From NCBI GenBank assembly GCA_963674735.2, contig CAXXQS010000002.1, forward strand, positions 992,001 through 1,056,000: a stretch of DNA of 64,000 bases. The letters run 5' to 3'. The DNA comes from Myxococcota bacterium (lineage in GTDB: Bacteria > Myxococcota_A > SURF-8). Positions within the stretch are counted from its first letter, which is position 1. Each line of letters opens with the position of its first letter. Shown piece by piece: positions 50,203-59,913 of this stretch. Under the pieces are notes generated by a model that saw only the letters and a program-made list of their open reading frames with translations, did not search any database and was not told where the DNA came from. Position numbers and translations under genes: made by a program.

Positions 50203-50985
50203 TTGCTGAAACCCTTGCACGATCCCGCCGAAGGCCCCTTGCGCGTAGCCGGATTGATGTCCGGTTCGGGCACCAACCTGCGCCGCATTCTCGAACATCG
50301 GCAGGCGCTTTGCGCCAAGCCGGGCGGTTGTCCTTTCGAAGTCGTGGTCATTTTTTCCGACAACGCCGACAGCCAGGCGACGGCCATCGGGCGCGATTTC
50401 GATATTCCGGTTGTCACCCACGACATTCGCGGCTTTTACAAGAAACGCGGACTGCCGCGCCGCGACCTGAACGCCCGTGCGGAATTCGACGAAATCAACG
50501 TGGCGGCACTCAAGTCGTTCAACGCCGAAGTGGCCGCTTACGCCGGCTACATGAGTATCGCCACTCCGGCACTGATCAACGCCTTTCTGGGCGTCAACGT
50601 GCATCCGGGCGATTTATCGGTGATCCAGGACGGTCAACGCCGCTGGGTGGGCGATCACGCCGTACGCGACGCCATCGTGGCGGGCGAGAAAACCCTGCGC
50701 GCCACCACGCACCTGGTCGAACTGAAGGTGGACGGCGGTCACTTGCTGATGCTGTCGGACCCACTGCCGGTGGAATTGCGGCCGAATGTGGATGTGTCGA
50801 TTCCGGAAGCGGCCACCTGCGCCGAATCGCACAACCAGGAACGCCTGAAGGAAGCGGGCGACTGGGTGATTTTCCCCAAAACCCTCGAATTGATCGCGGC
50901 GGGCCGCGTGTCGCGCGACGCCGAGGGCCGCGCCTACATCGATAGCCGCCCGGCCCCGCTCACGCCGGAGGAGTTGGAAGACTAA
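50203..50985 (+). CDS. purN: Phosphoribosylglycinamide formyltransferase-like (formyl transferase family)
   Basis: MSGSGTNL, AGYMSI, NVHPGDL, HLV..VDGG; TTG start after GAGGAGG. Confidence 0.8.
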   Translation: MLKPLHDPAEGPLRVAGLMSGSGTNLRRILEHRQALCAKPGGCPFEVVVIFSDNADSQATAIGRDFDIPVVTHDIRGFYKKRGLPRRDLNARAEFDEINVAALKSFNAEVAAYAGYMSIATPALINAFLGVNVHPGDLSVIQDGQRRWVGDHAVRDAIVAGEKTLRATTHLVELKVDGGHLLMLSDPLPVELRPNVDVSIPEAATCAESHNQERLKEAGDWVIFPKTLELIAAGRVSRDAEGRAYIDSRPAPLTPEELED

Positions 50986-51620
50986 CCCGTTCCGTCCGAT
51001 CGGATCGTCTTCCCTTCGCCCTCCGCTTCATCATCGTAATCGACTTTCAACGGCAACCCCGCCAGCATCGCCAGTTCGGCCGCCGGGCCTTCGACCTGCC
51101 GCCGGTTGTCCCGTGACCACAGCTCGACAGGTCGCCCCGATCCGCCGTCCAGCGCGGCGGTGTAGTGGTAGCCGGGTTTGCCGTTCTTCGGGGTATAGCG
51201 CTCGGAGACCCGGATCGGCAACCGGGTCAGCGTCACCGCGCGGCACTCGCTCCACGACAGATCCAGCATGCGGCGCGGCCACAGCGGCCGTACACGCAGC
51301 CGCTGTTTGTTTGTGTCCACCTCCACCACTTGAAACCAGTGTGTCAGCAGAACACGGAGCATGAAAACCCCTCCGATGAAAAGCAGGCCGCCGAAAAACA
51401 TCAACTTCGTGAGATAGCTCGAACCCAGCGACTCGTAAACGGATAACGAGAGACCCAGTTTGGAGGCCGCGCCAAACGCCAGGAGCATCGGTCCGCCGAT
51501 CGTCATCGCCAAGGCGACCGTCAACGGCATCACGATCATAAACCGTTCGGTATGATCGTAAATGCGATAACGCCAGCCCTGCGACGTGCGGCGAAAAAAG
51601 CGCGGCTCTTCGGTCGTCAT
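50982..51620 (-). CDS. Hypothetical membrane protein (2 TM helices plus soluble domain)
   Basis: ATG 51620 directly after the deacetylase stop; two hydrophobic segments. Confidence 0.6.
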   Translation of the reverse strand: MTTEEPRFFRRTSQGWRYRIYDHTERFMIVMPLTVALAMTIGGPMLLAFGAASKLGLSLSVYESLGSSYLTKLMFFGGLLFIGGVFMLRVLLTHWFQVVEVDTNKQRLRVRPLWPRRMLDLSWSECRAVTLTRLPIRVSERYTPKNGKPGYHYTAALDGGSGRPVELWSRDNRRQVEGPAAELAMLAGLPLKVDYDDEAEGEGKTIRSDGTG

Positions 51621-51621
51621 C

Positions 51622-52428
51622 TCATGCCCCTTGTTCGAACAGTTCTCCGGCCATTTCGGCGCGGAAAGCCTCGGCATATTCGCAATCGTGGGCCGCGCCC
51701 ACCTTGCCCGCCCAGGTTTTGATGAGCATGTCGGTGGCGGGTTCGAAGTTGTCCTTGTCGAGCAGCGGAATCAATTCCGTATGCCGTCCGGTGGCCGTGA
51801 GCGCACCGACGAAATCCTGCATGGTCATGCGCATCTGGCTGGTATGCGCGCAGATGGCCTGAACCTTCGTGTCGATCGTCGCGCCGATGTCCACCGCTTC
51901 GTTGCACAGGTTGTCGTTTTTGGCGAACCACAAAAAGTAGGGCGTCTGGTGCGGAGCCAGCCCGGCTTCCACCTGCTCGGGATGATACAGCGGCAGATGC
52001 GCGAAACCCGCCGCCTCCACCGCCGCCGCCGCCACGTGCCGATGGTCGGGGTGGGTTTCGAAGGGGGCGAAGAGGTCGAAGCTCATCACCAAATCCGGCT
52101 GCACGCGCCGCACCCATTCCATGAAGATGCGCCGCAGCTCGTTCTTGGGCGTATCGTCGAGGAAGCCGTCGGGATAGCCGAGAAAATGCACGGCCTTTTT
52201 ACCGATGATCTTGGCCGCCGCACGCGCCTCCACGTCGCGGCTTTCGCTGACAAGCTGCGTGGTGGCCAGTTCGAAGCTGCCGCGCCCGTTGTCGGTGGCG
52301 ATGATTTCCGTGATTTCCGCGCCGTTTTTCGCGAGCTTGGCCACCGTGCCGCCCGCGAAGAACTCGCAGTCGTCGGCATGCGCCGAAAACACCAACACCC
52401 GCTTTACACGATCCAGCCAGTCCAGCAT
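51622..52428 (-). CDS. PIG-L/LmbE family deacetylase
   Basis: SAHADD, GGT, LGYPDG, HPDHR, HTSQ. Confidence 0.9.
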   Translation of the reverse strand: MLDWLDRVKRVLVFSAHADDCEFFAGGTVAKLAKNGAEITEIIATDNGRGSFELATTQLVSESRDVEARAAAKIIGKKAVHFLGYPDGFLDDTPKNELRRIFMEWVRRVQPDLVMSFDLFAPFETHPDHRHVAAAAVEAAGFAHLPLYHPEQVEAGLAPHQTPYFLWFAKNDNLCNEAVDIGATIDTKVQAICAHTSQMRMTMQDFVGALTATGRHTELIPLLDKDNFEPATDMLIKTWAGKVGAAHDCEYAEAFRAEMAGELFEQGA

Positions 52429-52454
52429 CTGTGTTACTCCTTGCTTGAGTTATC

Positions 52455-53294
52455 TTAATCCGGTTCCTCCGACACCTCCGGCTTATCCAACGCCAGGCGA
52501 TAGGCCTCCTTCTTGCGCAGGCCGCAACGCGCCATCAGCGCCTCGCTCAAGCTGCGTCCCGTCAACCCCTCGGCACGCAACTCAAGCAGCACAACCTGCG
52601 GATCTTCGGCCATGCCCTCTTCCGCCGCGCCCGCGACCACCAGCACGATCTCGCCTTTGGGTGGCGCATCGCGGTAACGGTCGGCCAGTTCGGTCAGCGT
52701 TCCTGTCACATATTCCTCGTGGATTTTGGTCAGTTCGCGACACAACACCGCCGCACGCTCCCCGAAGGCCCCGGCCAAATCGTCGAGTTGACGAACGGTT
52801 TTATGCGGTGCGAGGTAAAAGACCTGGGTGCCCTTCAGATGAGCCACTTCCGCAAACAAAGCCTGCCGCTTGCCCGGCTTTTCGGGTGGAAAGCCATGAA
52901 AAGTGACCCGGTCGGTGGGCAGGCCCGCCGCCGACAACGCCGCCATGGCCGCCGTCGCTCCCGGTATCGGCACCACGGTATGGCCCGCCTCACGGCAGGC
53001 GCGCACCAGCTTGAAACCGGGATCGGAGACGGTCGGCGTCCCGCCATCCGAGATCAACGCCACGCGCTTGCCCTGCTCCAGCTCGCGCAACACGCGCGGC
53101 AGGCGCTCTTCTTCGTTGTGTTCATGCACCGACAGCGTCACCGGATGAAAACCGTAATGGTTGAATAACTTGGCCGAGTGGCGCGTGTCCTCACAGCAAA
53201 CCAGATCCGCCTCCTTGAGAACGCGAACGGCCCGGAAGCTGATGTCTTCCAGGTTGCCGATGGGCGTCGCCACGATATACAAAACTCCGGCCAT
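52455..53294 (-). CDS. rsmI: 16S rRNA C1402 2'-O-methyltransferase
   Basis: LYIVATPIGNLEDISFRA, EDTR, SDGGTPTVSDPG, RELTKIHEE, KGEIV. Confidence 0.96.
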   Translation of the reverse strand: MAGVLYIVATPIGNLEDISFRAVRVLKEADLVCCEDTRHSAKLFNHYGFHPVTLSVHEHNEEERLPRVLRELEQGKRVALISDGGTPTVSDPGFKLVRACREAGHTVVPIPGATAAMAALSAAGLPTDRVTFHGFPPEKPGKRQALFAEVAHLKGTQVFYLAPHKTVRQLDDLAGAFGERAAVLCRELTKIHEEYVTGTLTELADRYRDAPPKGEIVLVVAGAAEEGMAEDPQVVLLELRAEGLTGRSLSEALMARCGLRKKEAYRLALDKPEVSEEPD

Positions 53295-53303
53295 GCGGCC
53301 TCC

Positions 53304-53684
53304 TCAGTACGCCTCGAAAGCGTTTTTGATATGGGTAATTCGAAAAGGTCCGTTCGCGACAGGCACCAGGCCGATGACGTCGAAGCGCACCGCCACATCG
53401 TCCAACCCCTTTTGCTGCAGATAGGCCTCCGCCATGCGCACGATCCGCCGCTGCTTGGGGCCGGTGACCGTCTCCACCGGATGCCCCAGACCGGGGCGGG
53501 TTTTGGCACGCACCTCGACGATGCACAAGGTTTCGCCATCCCGGGCGATCAGATCCAGCTCGCCCTCGCGAATATGCCAGTTGCGCTCGACAATGACATA
53601 CCCACGCGCTTCGAGATAGGCCGCCGCCGCGTCCTCACCCGCCTCGCCCAGACGGCCTTTGCGCGTTGCGTTGTGGATTGACAT
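53304..53684 (-). CDS. yraN: YraN (UPF0102) family protein
   Basis: GEAGE, NW..GELDLIA, VEVR, RFDVI, HIKNAF. Confidence 0.93.
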   Translation of the reverse strand: MSIHNATRKGRLGEAGEDAAAAYLEARGYVIVERNWHIREGELDLIARDGETLCIVEVRAKTRPGLGHPVETVTGPKQRRIVRMAEAYLQQKGLDDVAVRFDVIGLVPVANGPFRITHIKNAFEAY

Positions 53685-53705
53685 GCGCCCCCTTTGTGCT
53701 ACAAT
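53678..53705 (+). promoter_or_regulatory. Sigma70-type promoter overlapping the yraN start codon on the opposite strand
   Basis: TTGACA-16nt-TACAAT with an extended TG. Confidence 0.6.
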
Positions 53706-53762
53706 CGGCTGCCTGCATGGACAGGCCGATAAGATACGGGAACCTGGAGACGAAAACAGATA

Positions 53763-55409
53763 ATGATTCCAGACGATTACCTGGTCATAAGTGTGACGCC
53801 CGACACCCTCGCGAAACTCGATTTCAGCGAGGCCGAAGATCTCCTGACGCTGCTGACCGCCGATGACGATACCATATCGCAGCAGGCCGGGAAACTGTTT
53901 TTGGATGTCGAGTCCCTTCTCGAAGCCGACAACCGCGAGCCGGGTGAAATCGCCGAGTTGCGCGTGTGGACCGCCGAGTTGGATCGCCGCTATCCCTACC
54001 TGCCCTATTTTCTATCGCACGCGACGGAGTTGGCTCAGCTCGGACTGTATGCCAATCTATTGGTTCCGTTTCACGTGGACGGCAACCGGCTACGCTTCGA
54101 ACGTCAAGAATTGGAACGCTTCGCCCTTGAAAAAATTCGTGCCATTCACGATTTCTGCGGCGAACACGGCATCAGCCCGAAAGACAGCATTCGCCATCTT
54201 TGCGAACAGCTCAATCTCGACATCATCGAAGAAATTACGGAAGACGACGAAGGTCCGCGCTTTCCTTTTGAATCCGAGCGAATCACCTCGCCGTTCTTGA
54301 TCGATTTTTTCGAAAGCGGTTACTATTTCCACACCATCGACGCCTCCGACGAACCGGTGCTGTTTGCGCTGGTGGACGATCCGGTAGCCGCCTATTACGC
54401 CGATACGGCGGTTGAAATCGAGCTTTTCACCTCATCGGCTTACCCGGTGATCGCACTGGAACTGACGGTCTTCGACCTTCCCGAATCGCCGCTCAAGATG
54501 ACCTTCGTCTACAACATCGATATCGAGCGCCACCGCCGGGAACTGTATCAGTACGCCGAGATGCCCTATATCTCGGCCAACTTCCTGTTCAAACAAGAAA
54601 ACGAACTATTTTACGGCTTTACGCGCGCCATCGCCTTGCCCGACCCGGTGCGGGAACGTATCCGCAGCCTGGTGCTCGACGCCTCGAACCTGCTGCGCGC
54701 CATTCCCAAAGAGGCGCGACGCTTCCCCGATGCGGTCGCGGAACTATTTGCCGCCAAAGGCCACGCCAAAGAGGCCGAAGCGATCGAGGCGGAAATGGAC
54801 GAGCTGCCGCCTCTTCCGGAAGCGCCAGCCGCTCCCGAACCGGATGATCATGAAGAAGTGAAAGCCGCGGCCACAGCTCCTCAAACGGGGGATGACTCTT
54901 TACCGGAGGAAGTGCAAACAGACGAAGAAACCCCAGTGGACACGGATGCGGAAGGCGATTCCAGAGCGGCGCGCGCAGTATCCGATGCGGCTGATATTTT
55001 GCAGGAAATCGAGGTGGTTAATAGCACCACTGCCCCTGAACACGTTTCCGATGACGACGGCCAACGCCACTCCGTCCGCTCGCCCTACGAAAGCGCCATT
55101 CCCGCAAGCGTGTTACCCGAGTCGATTCAGCGCATAACCAAAGCGCTGTCCAAACCGGTACGCAAACCCGCCCGCAATATCACCGAAGAGTTGAGTATCG
55201 CCCCCGCTCCCAAACGGGTGGTCATGCGTGAGGAAGACCCCATGGAACGCCTCTCGCGGCGCCTGGTGATCATGCAAAACAACCTGGAACGCACCGAGCG
55301 TGAAAATCTGCGTCTCAGCTCCGAGTTGAAAGCCGCCCGAGAAGAAATCGAGCATCTGCAACGCGAAAATATGTCTCTCGAAACCCGCTGGTGGAAATTC
55401 TGGCGTTAG
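53763..55409 (+). CDS. Multidomain protein: CRR6-like N-domain, acidic linker, coiled coil, WWKFW tail
   Basis: REPGEIAELRVW..LDRRYPYLPYFL..YANLLVP..ELERF..KI; C-terminus ETRWWKFWR. Confidence 0.65.
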   Translation: MIPDDYLVISVTPDTLAKLDFSEAEDLLTLLTADDDTISQQAGKLFLDVESLLEADNREPGEIAELRVWTAELDRRYPYLPYFLSHATELAQLGLYANLLVPFHVDGNRLRFERQELERFALEKIRAIHDFCGEHGISPKDSIRHLCEQLNLDIIEEITEDDEGPRFPFESERITSPFLIDFFESGYYFHTIDASDEPVLFALVDDPVAAYYADTAVEIELFTSSAYPVIALELTVFDLPESPLKMTFVYNIDIERHRRELYQYAEMPYISANFLFKQENELFYGFTRAIALPDPVRERIRSLVLDASNLLRAIPKEARRFPDAVAELFAAKGHAKEAEAIEAEMDELPPLPEAPAAPEPDDHEEVKAAATAPQTGDDSLPEEVQTDEETPVDTDAEGDSRAARAVSDAADILQEIEVVNSTTAPEHVSDDDGQRHSVRSPYESAIPASVLPESIQRITKALSKPVRKPARNITEELSIAPAPKRVVMREEDPMERLSRRLVIMQNNLERTERENLRLSSELKAAREEIEHLQRENMSLETRWWKFWR

Positions 55410-55428
55410 GTCGTTCAAGCAACCCCAT

Positions 55429-56481
55429 TTACGGTCCGGTCGGAAACACACCGTTTTCGTGATAGGCGTCGAGTGCCACGACCAGTTCGGCGGGCATGTC
55501 GGACTGCAACAGAAAGACCCCCGCCTCAACGAAGGCCGCCCAGCCCGAATAGTCACCCACGAAAGCCAGCGAATCGCCCGCCGCCATCACATCCTGCTGC
55601 ACCTTGAGGCCCAGCCCGTTGATACCGGCGGTCAGATCCGGTTCCGGGCCCGCTTTGGCGATTTCGACGATGCACAAACCGGGCAAAAGCTGTTGCGCGG
55701 CTTCGGCTTCGGCGACACTGTTCACCGGCGGCATGACCAGCAAATTGGAATCAAGGTCGAGCATCAACTGCAACTGACCCGCCCCATCGCGCACCAGCGC
55801 CTGTTCGTAATAAGGTCCGGCCGCAATGGCTGCCGCCACCCAATCTTCACGGTCGGTTTTCTGATCGACATAGAGCATCAACCCCGTTTCGGCGGCCAAA
55901 GCCAAGGCGTCGGAAAAGGTGGGGATTTTGACGGACTCCGCATCGCCCGGGTCTGCACCGTTGAGCGTGAGCGCTTGGAGTTCGGCCAGCGTAAGCGCTG
56001 CCACCTCGCCCGATCCGTCGGTCGTGCGGTCCACCGTATCGTCGTGCATCAGCACCAAAGCCCCATCGGAGCTATGGCGGACATCGACTTCGGCAAAGGC
56101 CGCCCCGATTGCCGCCGCCGAACGGATGGCCGCCAGCGAGTTTTCGGGATGGCCGACATGATGACCGCGATGGGCGGTCACCAACGGGAAAGTGCAAGTC
56201 GGATCGCACAGGCATGCGGCCGGAATCAGAGGGATATCCGGGTCGTCAGCGCCGTCGCCGTCGAGATCCGCCTCACCGTCATTGTCGGCTTCCTCATCAC
56301 CCTCCGGCAAGTCACTTTCTTCATCGCCATCCGAGGCCCCGCCGTCGGTCTCGATATCGACATCGCTGTCGCCATCCGGCAAGATCGGCTCTCCCTCGTC
56401 ATCCGAACAGCTCCAGATCAGCACCGTGCCAAGCAGCAGGATAAGAACCAAACGGATGAACGAGGGGCCCAGACGCAACAT
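55429..56481 (-). CDS. Glycerophosphodiester phosphodiesterase family lipoprotein
   Basis: Signal peptide ending IWS-C; AHRG..PENSLAA..EVDV..DG..LMHD.TVDRTT. Confidence 0.88.
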   Translation of the reverse strand: MLRLGPSFIRLVLILLLGTVLIWSCSDDEGEPILPDGDSDVDIETDGGASDGDEESDLPEGDEEADNDGEADLDGDGADDPDIPLIPAACLCDPTCTFPLVTAHRGHHVGHPENSLAAIRSAAAIGAAFAEVDVRHSSDGALVLMHDDTVDRTTDGSGEVAALTLAELQALTLNGADPGDAESVKIPTFSDALALAAETGLMLYVDQKTDREDWVAAAIAAGPYYEQALVRDGAGQLQLMLDLDSNLLVMPPVNSVAEAEAAQQLLPGLCIVEIAKAGPEPDLTAGINGLGLKVQQDVMAAGDSLAFVGDYSGWAAFVEAGVFLLQSDMPAELVVALDAYHENGVFPTGP

Positions 56482-56484
56482 GTT

Positions 56485-58938
56485 CTAGTCTCCCGATTGG
56501 ATAATGCCACTGTAAAGGCCCATGTAGTAGGGCAACAGCCAATTGGTGGGGGCCTGATAGCTCGACCCGTCGCCGCCGTCACTCATGGAATAAGGATTGC
56601 CGTTCCACCACATGGTGCGCAATTCATCGTAAGGATAGACCCGGTCGATCTGTTCGTGGCCGTGACGATCATCGACCACCTTCACGTGATCCTTGCGATG
56701 TGCGTGATTCACATGCCATTCTCGCAAATCGTCCGGCATTTCGCGCAGGGTGCGTAAAGCGCTGTCCACATCCGGGTCGGCTCCACCCGAAAGCGCATAG
56801 GCCGCCGCCCACCAGGGGTTGCGCTCCGGGCGCTCGTGGTCGTACATGAATTTGTAGCTCTCGATCCAATCGGCGCGACGCGCGTCGTCGGCCTCGTAGC
56901 GGATCAAGGAGGTGTACGCCAGGGTAGCCAGCTCGTGATCGGAATGGTTGGCGATGGAATCGCTGACGATGGTGAGGGTGTCGTCGCCGGCCATGGCGAC
57001 TTCGGCATAGCGGTGAGTGGTGTGCAGCAACTCATAGGCATCGTAAAAATAGCTGTCGCCGGTCATGTGGTAGGCAGCCAGCAACATGCCCAGCGCTTCC
57101 AGTGAATTGAGCCAACCACCGCCGTAAAACGCCTCGCCGCAATCCGTGATCTCGTAGCCGTTCCCCAAACACGCCGTCACGCCGTCCACCGCGATGGAGA
57201 TGGTGTCGGGATCCCAGTGACCATGCAGAGTCCGCTCGCCATCCAGGTCGATCAGCTTGAAGCCGCCTTCCACGATGTAGCGCGCCACCTCGTCGGCATA
57301 AGCCGCGATCTCGTCCTTTTCGTCCTGGGTTTTGGCGCACAGGTCGTAAAAGACGGGGAAGCCGAAGAAATGCCCGGCCAGTTCGTCGGAGGAGGTGTCG
57401 TCCTTCCACACATGTTCCTGCTCCTCCCAGGTTTCCTGGTGCCAGTTATCCTGAGTCAGCTTGGACTCCCACACCGACCCCTCATCGTCACGAACGATGG
57501 AGCGCGAAATAAACCCGCGCTCCAGGCCCGCCCGTTCGAAGGAGATGGCCGGGATATCCACTAGAAGAAACATGTTGTCCATGGCTTTGCGGGCGTAATC
57601 GTAATACTTTTCCTCGCCGGTGGCGGCGTAAGCCATGCACCAGCCGCCGATCATCATCTGCGTCCACAAGCCGTCGTTGTCTTTGTCGTTGAGCGTCATG
57701 GTGTCGGGATCGGCCCACGGATCGTCCACCCGACCATCGGAAGCGAAAAAGCCCCCCATGCGCCAGAAATGGGGAACCATGCTATCGAACACGGGTTCCT
57801 TGTCCGCCAAGGTGCGTTCGATCAGATAGATACGTCCGGCACCCGCTTCGGTTCCTATCCAGCGCTCACCGGTCGCACTCAACGCCACGGCAGGCGCGCG
57901 CAGCCCGGGCGTCCAGCGGATGCTGGCGTAGTGATCGATATGACTGTAATCGCTCGAAAGGAAGGTTGCGCCGACTTCGTGACCCACCAGGAAACCCGCA
58001 TCGGAGCAGGTGACGGCAATCAGGTTGTCGGTCGGAAATCCGTCGGGCTGAGCCAGGAAGCGGCGCGGATCGCCGTCGCCGACGATGCTGAGTCCGCTTG
58101 CCGTTGCAACCGCCACGCGCGAACCGCACACGGCAACCGCACGCGCATCGTTGTCGAGCAATTCGCCACTCACGTTGCTCCAGGTCTCGCTGCCGCCGTC
58201 ACCGGTAATCCGGACACCGTTATCCGTTGCCGCATACAGCGTTCCGTCGTCTGCGATATCCAAACCCTGGTAGGTGTGCACATCACTTCCGGTGATGAGA
58301 GTCCAGCCGCCATTGCTTTCGTGTTCATACAAACCGTTCTGTGTCGCGGCAACCAGCTTCCCGCCGCCGACCGCGATATCGATCACCGGGTTATCGGTGA
58401 AGGCGAAGCTGTCGTGGCTGCTGCCGCCCAGATCGATCAGGTCCACCCGCTCGGCAAGCGCGACGGCCAGTTTTCCTTCGTACAATTCGTCGGCGATGGC
58501 ATGCACGGCTCCCGCAGCACCGCCCAACGGCATCGCTTCGAAGATCCGCGAGGTGTCGTTCAACTGATAGAGACCATCGACCGCACCCAGGTATACCGCA
58601 GCACCGATCACCGCCAGAGCCTTGACATCCAGGCTGGGAAGTTGTTCGACACGATGGAATTGTTCGGAGAATTCCTGCATATAGGGCTCGTCGGCCGCCG
58701 TTGCGGCGGGCGTGCGAACTTCAAAGATAAAAGCCGGGTCGGGATATTGGAATTCTTCATCGCCGTCCGTGTCGCCATCCGGATCGTCGCCATCGGGTTC
58801 GTCACCATCCGGATCATCCCCATCGGGGGCATCCCCATCGGCATCGCCGTCCACCGATGCATCGTCGCTGCCGCCGCAGGCGAAAGCGGTCAAGGCGACA
58901 AACAAAACCATCATCCAGATTATCCAATTAGCTCGCAT
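56485..58938 (-). CDS. Large lipoprotein: DGD linker, beta-propeller, uncharacterised helical catalytic-like domain
   Basis: GGAGG RBS; lipobox AFA-C; ATxxG blade repeats; DNDGLWT, KDDTSSDE, NHSDHELA. Confidence 0.75.
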   Translation of the reverse strand: MRANWIIWMMVLFVALTAFACGGSDDASVDGDADGDAPDGDDPDGDEPDGDDPDGDTDGDEEFQYPDPAFIFEVRTPAATAADEPYMQEFSEQFHRVEQLPSLDVKALAVIGAAVYLGAVDGLYQLNDTSRIFEAMPLGGAAGAVHAIADELYEGKLAVALAERVDLIDLGGSSHDSFAFTDNPVIDIAVGGGKLVAATQNGLYEHESNGGWTLITGSDVHTYQGLDIADDGTLYAATDNGVRITGDGGSETWSNVSGELLDNDARAVAVCGSRVAVATASGLSIVGDGDPRRFLAQPDGFPTDNLIAVTCSDAGFLVGHEVGATFLSSDYSHIDHYASIRWTPGLRAPAVALSATGERWIGTEAGAGRIYLIERTLADKEPVFDSMVPHFWRMGGFFASDGRVDDPWADPDTMTLNDKDNDGLWTQMMIGGWCMAYAATGEEKYYDYARKAMDNMFLLVDIPAISFERAGLERGFISRSIVRDDEGSVWESKLTQDNWHQETWEEQEHVWKDDTSSDELAGHFFGFPVFYDLCAKTQDEKDEIAAYADEVARYIVEGGFKLIDLDGERTLHGHWDPDTISIAVDGVTACLGNGYEITDCGEAFYGGGWLNSLEALGMLLAAYHMTGDSYFYDAYELLHTTHRYAEVAMAGDDTLTIVSDSIANHSDHELATLAYTSLIRYEADDARRADWIESYKFMYDHERPERNPWWAAAYALSGGADPDVDSALRTLREMPDDLREWHVNHAHRKDHVKVVDDRHGHEQIDRVYPYDELRTMWWNGNPYSMSDGGDGSSYQAPTNWLLPYYMGLYSGIIQSGD
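58762..58855 (-). repeat. Coding DGD repeats (7 copies)
   Basis: VDGDADGDAPDGDDPDGDEPDGDDPDGDTDGD. Confidence 0.85.
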
Positions 58939-59035
58939 AGATGCCTCCACGAATGATGCCCCAACAACGGGACGAAAAGTTCGGGTTTTCAAACGGACTC
59001 ATCATACTTGAACATAGTGGCGAGGGCAAGCATGG

Positions 59036-59063
59036 TTGACATTCTCATTCACTGCGCTACGAT
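59036..59063 (+). promoter_or_regulatory. Sigma70-type promoter
   Basis: TTGACA-16nt-TACGAT. Confidence 0.55.
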
Positions 59064-59095
59064 ACTCGCATGGCGAACCACAAGCGAGGTCGGAC

Positions 59096-59899
59096 ATGAA
59101 TCCGCAAGCCCGAGTCATCTCACTGCTGACGGATTTCGGGACTCAGATGGGGTATGTGGGTCAGATGAAAGGAGTGATCCTGTCGATCAATCCCGAAGCG
59201 CATCTGGTCGACCTGTCCCACGATGTTCCGGCACAGAGTATCGCCACGGCGGCGCTGGTTTTGGAACAAAGCACACCGTTTTTCCCTACCGGCTCCATTC
59301 ATCTGGCGGTTACGGATCCCGGAGTGGGCACCGACCGTCCGGCCGTCGTGGTTGAAACGGAAAAAGCGTTGTTCGTCGGTCCCGACAACGGCCTCTTCGG
59401 TTTTCTGGCCAAGTCGCAACAGGTGCGATCCATTCACCGCATCGTCAACGAACGCTATTTTCTGGACCAACTCTCCAATACCTTTCATGGACGCGACATC
59501 TTCGCTCCCATCGCCGCCTACCTCTCCCTGGGCTATCCGCCCGACGAGTTCGGCCCCCTCGACGACAGCCTGTGCATGCTATCCGGAGACGGATTGCGCA
59601 AAACCGGCAACGAAGTCGAAGGGGATATTCTCGCCGTGGATGTCTTCGGGAATCTGATCACCAGCCTGCCCGCCGATGCGGTGGACCATTACCTGTTCGA
59701 GCACGCCGACCGCGACGTCTATGCCTGGTGCCACGACCAGCCGGTCCCCATCCGTTTCACTTACGCCGATGTCCCGGAGGGGGATCTCTTGGCTTATATC
59801 GGGTCGGGGGGGCGCCTGGAAATCGCGGTCAACCGCGGCAATGCCGCCACAAAACTGAACGCAGGCATCGGCACGCCCGTCAAATTGATCACACTGTAG
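59096..59899 (+). CDS. SAM hydroxide adenosyltransferase (DUF62; chlorinase/fluorinase family)
   Basis: LLTDFG, DLSH, DPGVGT.R, GPDNG, TFHGRDIFAP, DVFGNLIT, LEIAVNRG. Confidence 0.93.
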   Translation: MNPQARVISLLTDFGTQMGYVGQMKGVILSINPEAHLVDLSHDVPAQSIATAALVLEQSTPFFPTGSIHLAVTDPGVGTDRPAVVVETEKALFVGPDNGLFGFLAKSQQVRSIHRIVNERYFLDQLSNTFHGRDIFAPIAAYLSLGYPPDEFGPLDDSLCMLSGDGLRKTGNEVEGDILAVDVFGNLITSLPADAVDHYLFEHADRDVYAWCHDQPVPIRFTYADVPEGDLLAYIGSGGRLEIAVNRGNAATKLNAGIGTPVKLITL

Positions 59900-59913
59900 A
59901 CTCGACCGAAGAC

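Noticed and set aside
59096-59899. Halogenase (fluorinase/chlorinase) secondary-metabolite gene
   Set aside because: Carries the DPGVG..R and TFHGRD motifs typical of the widespread DUF62 hydrolases, with no biosynthetic cluster around it
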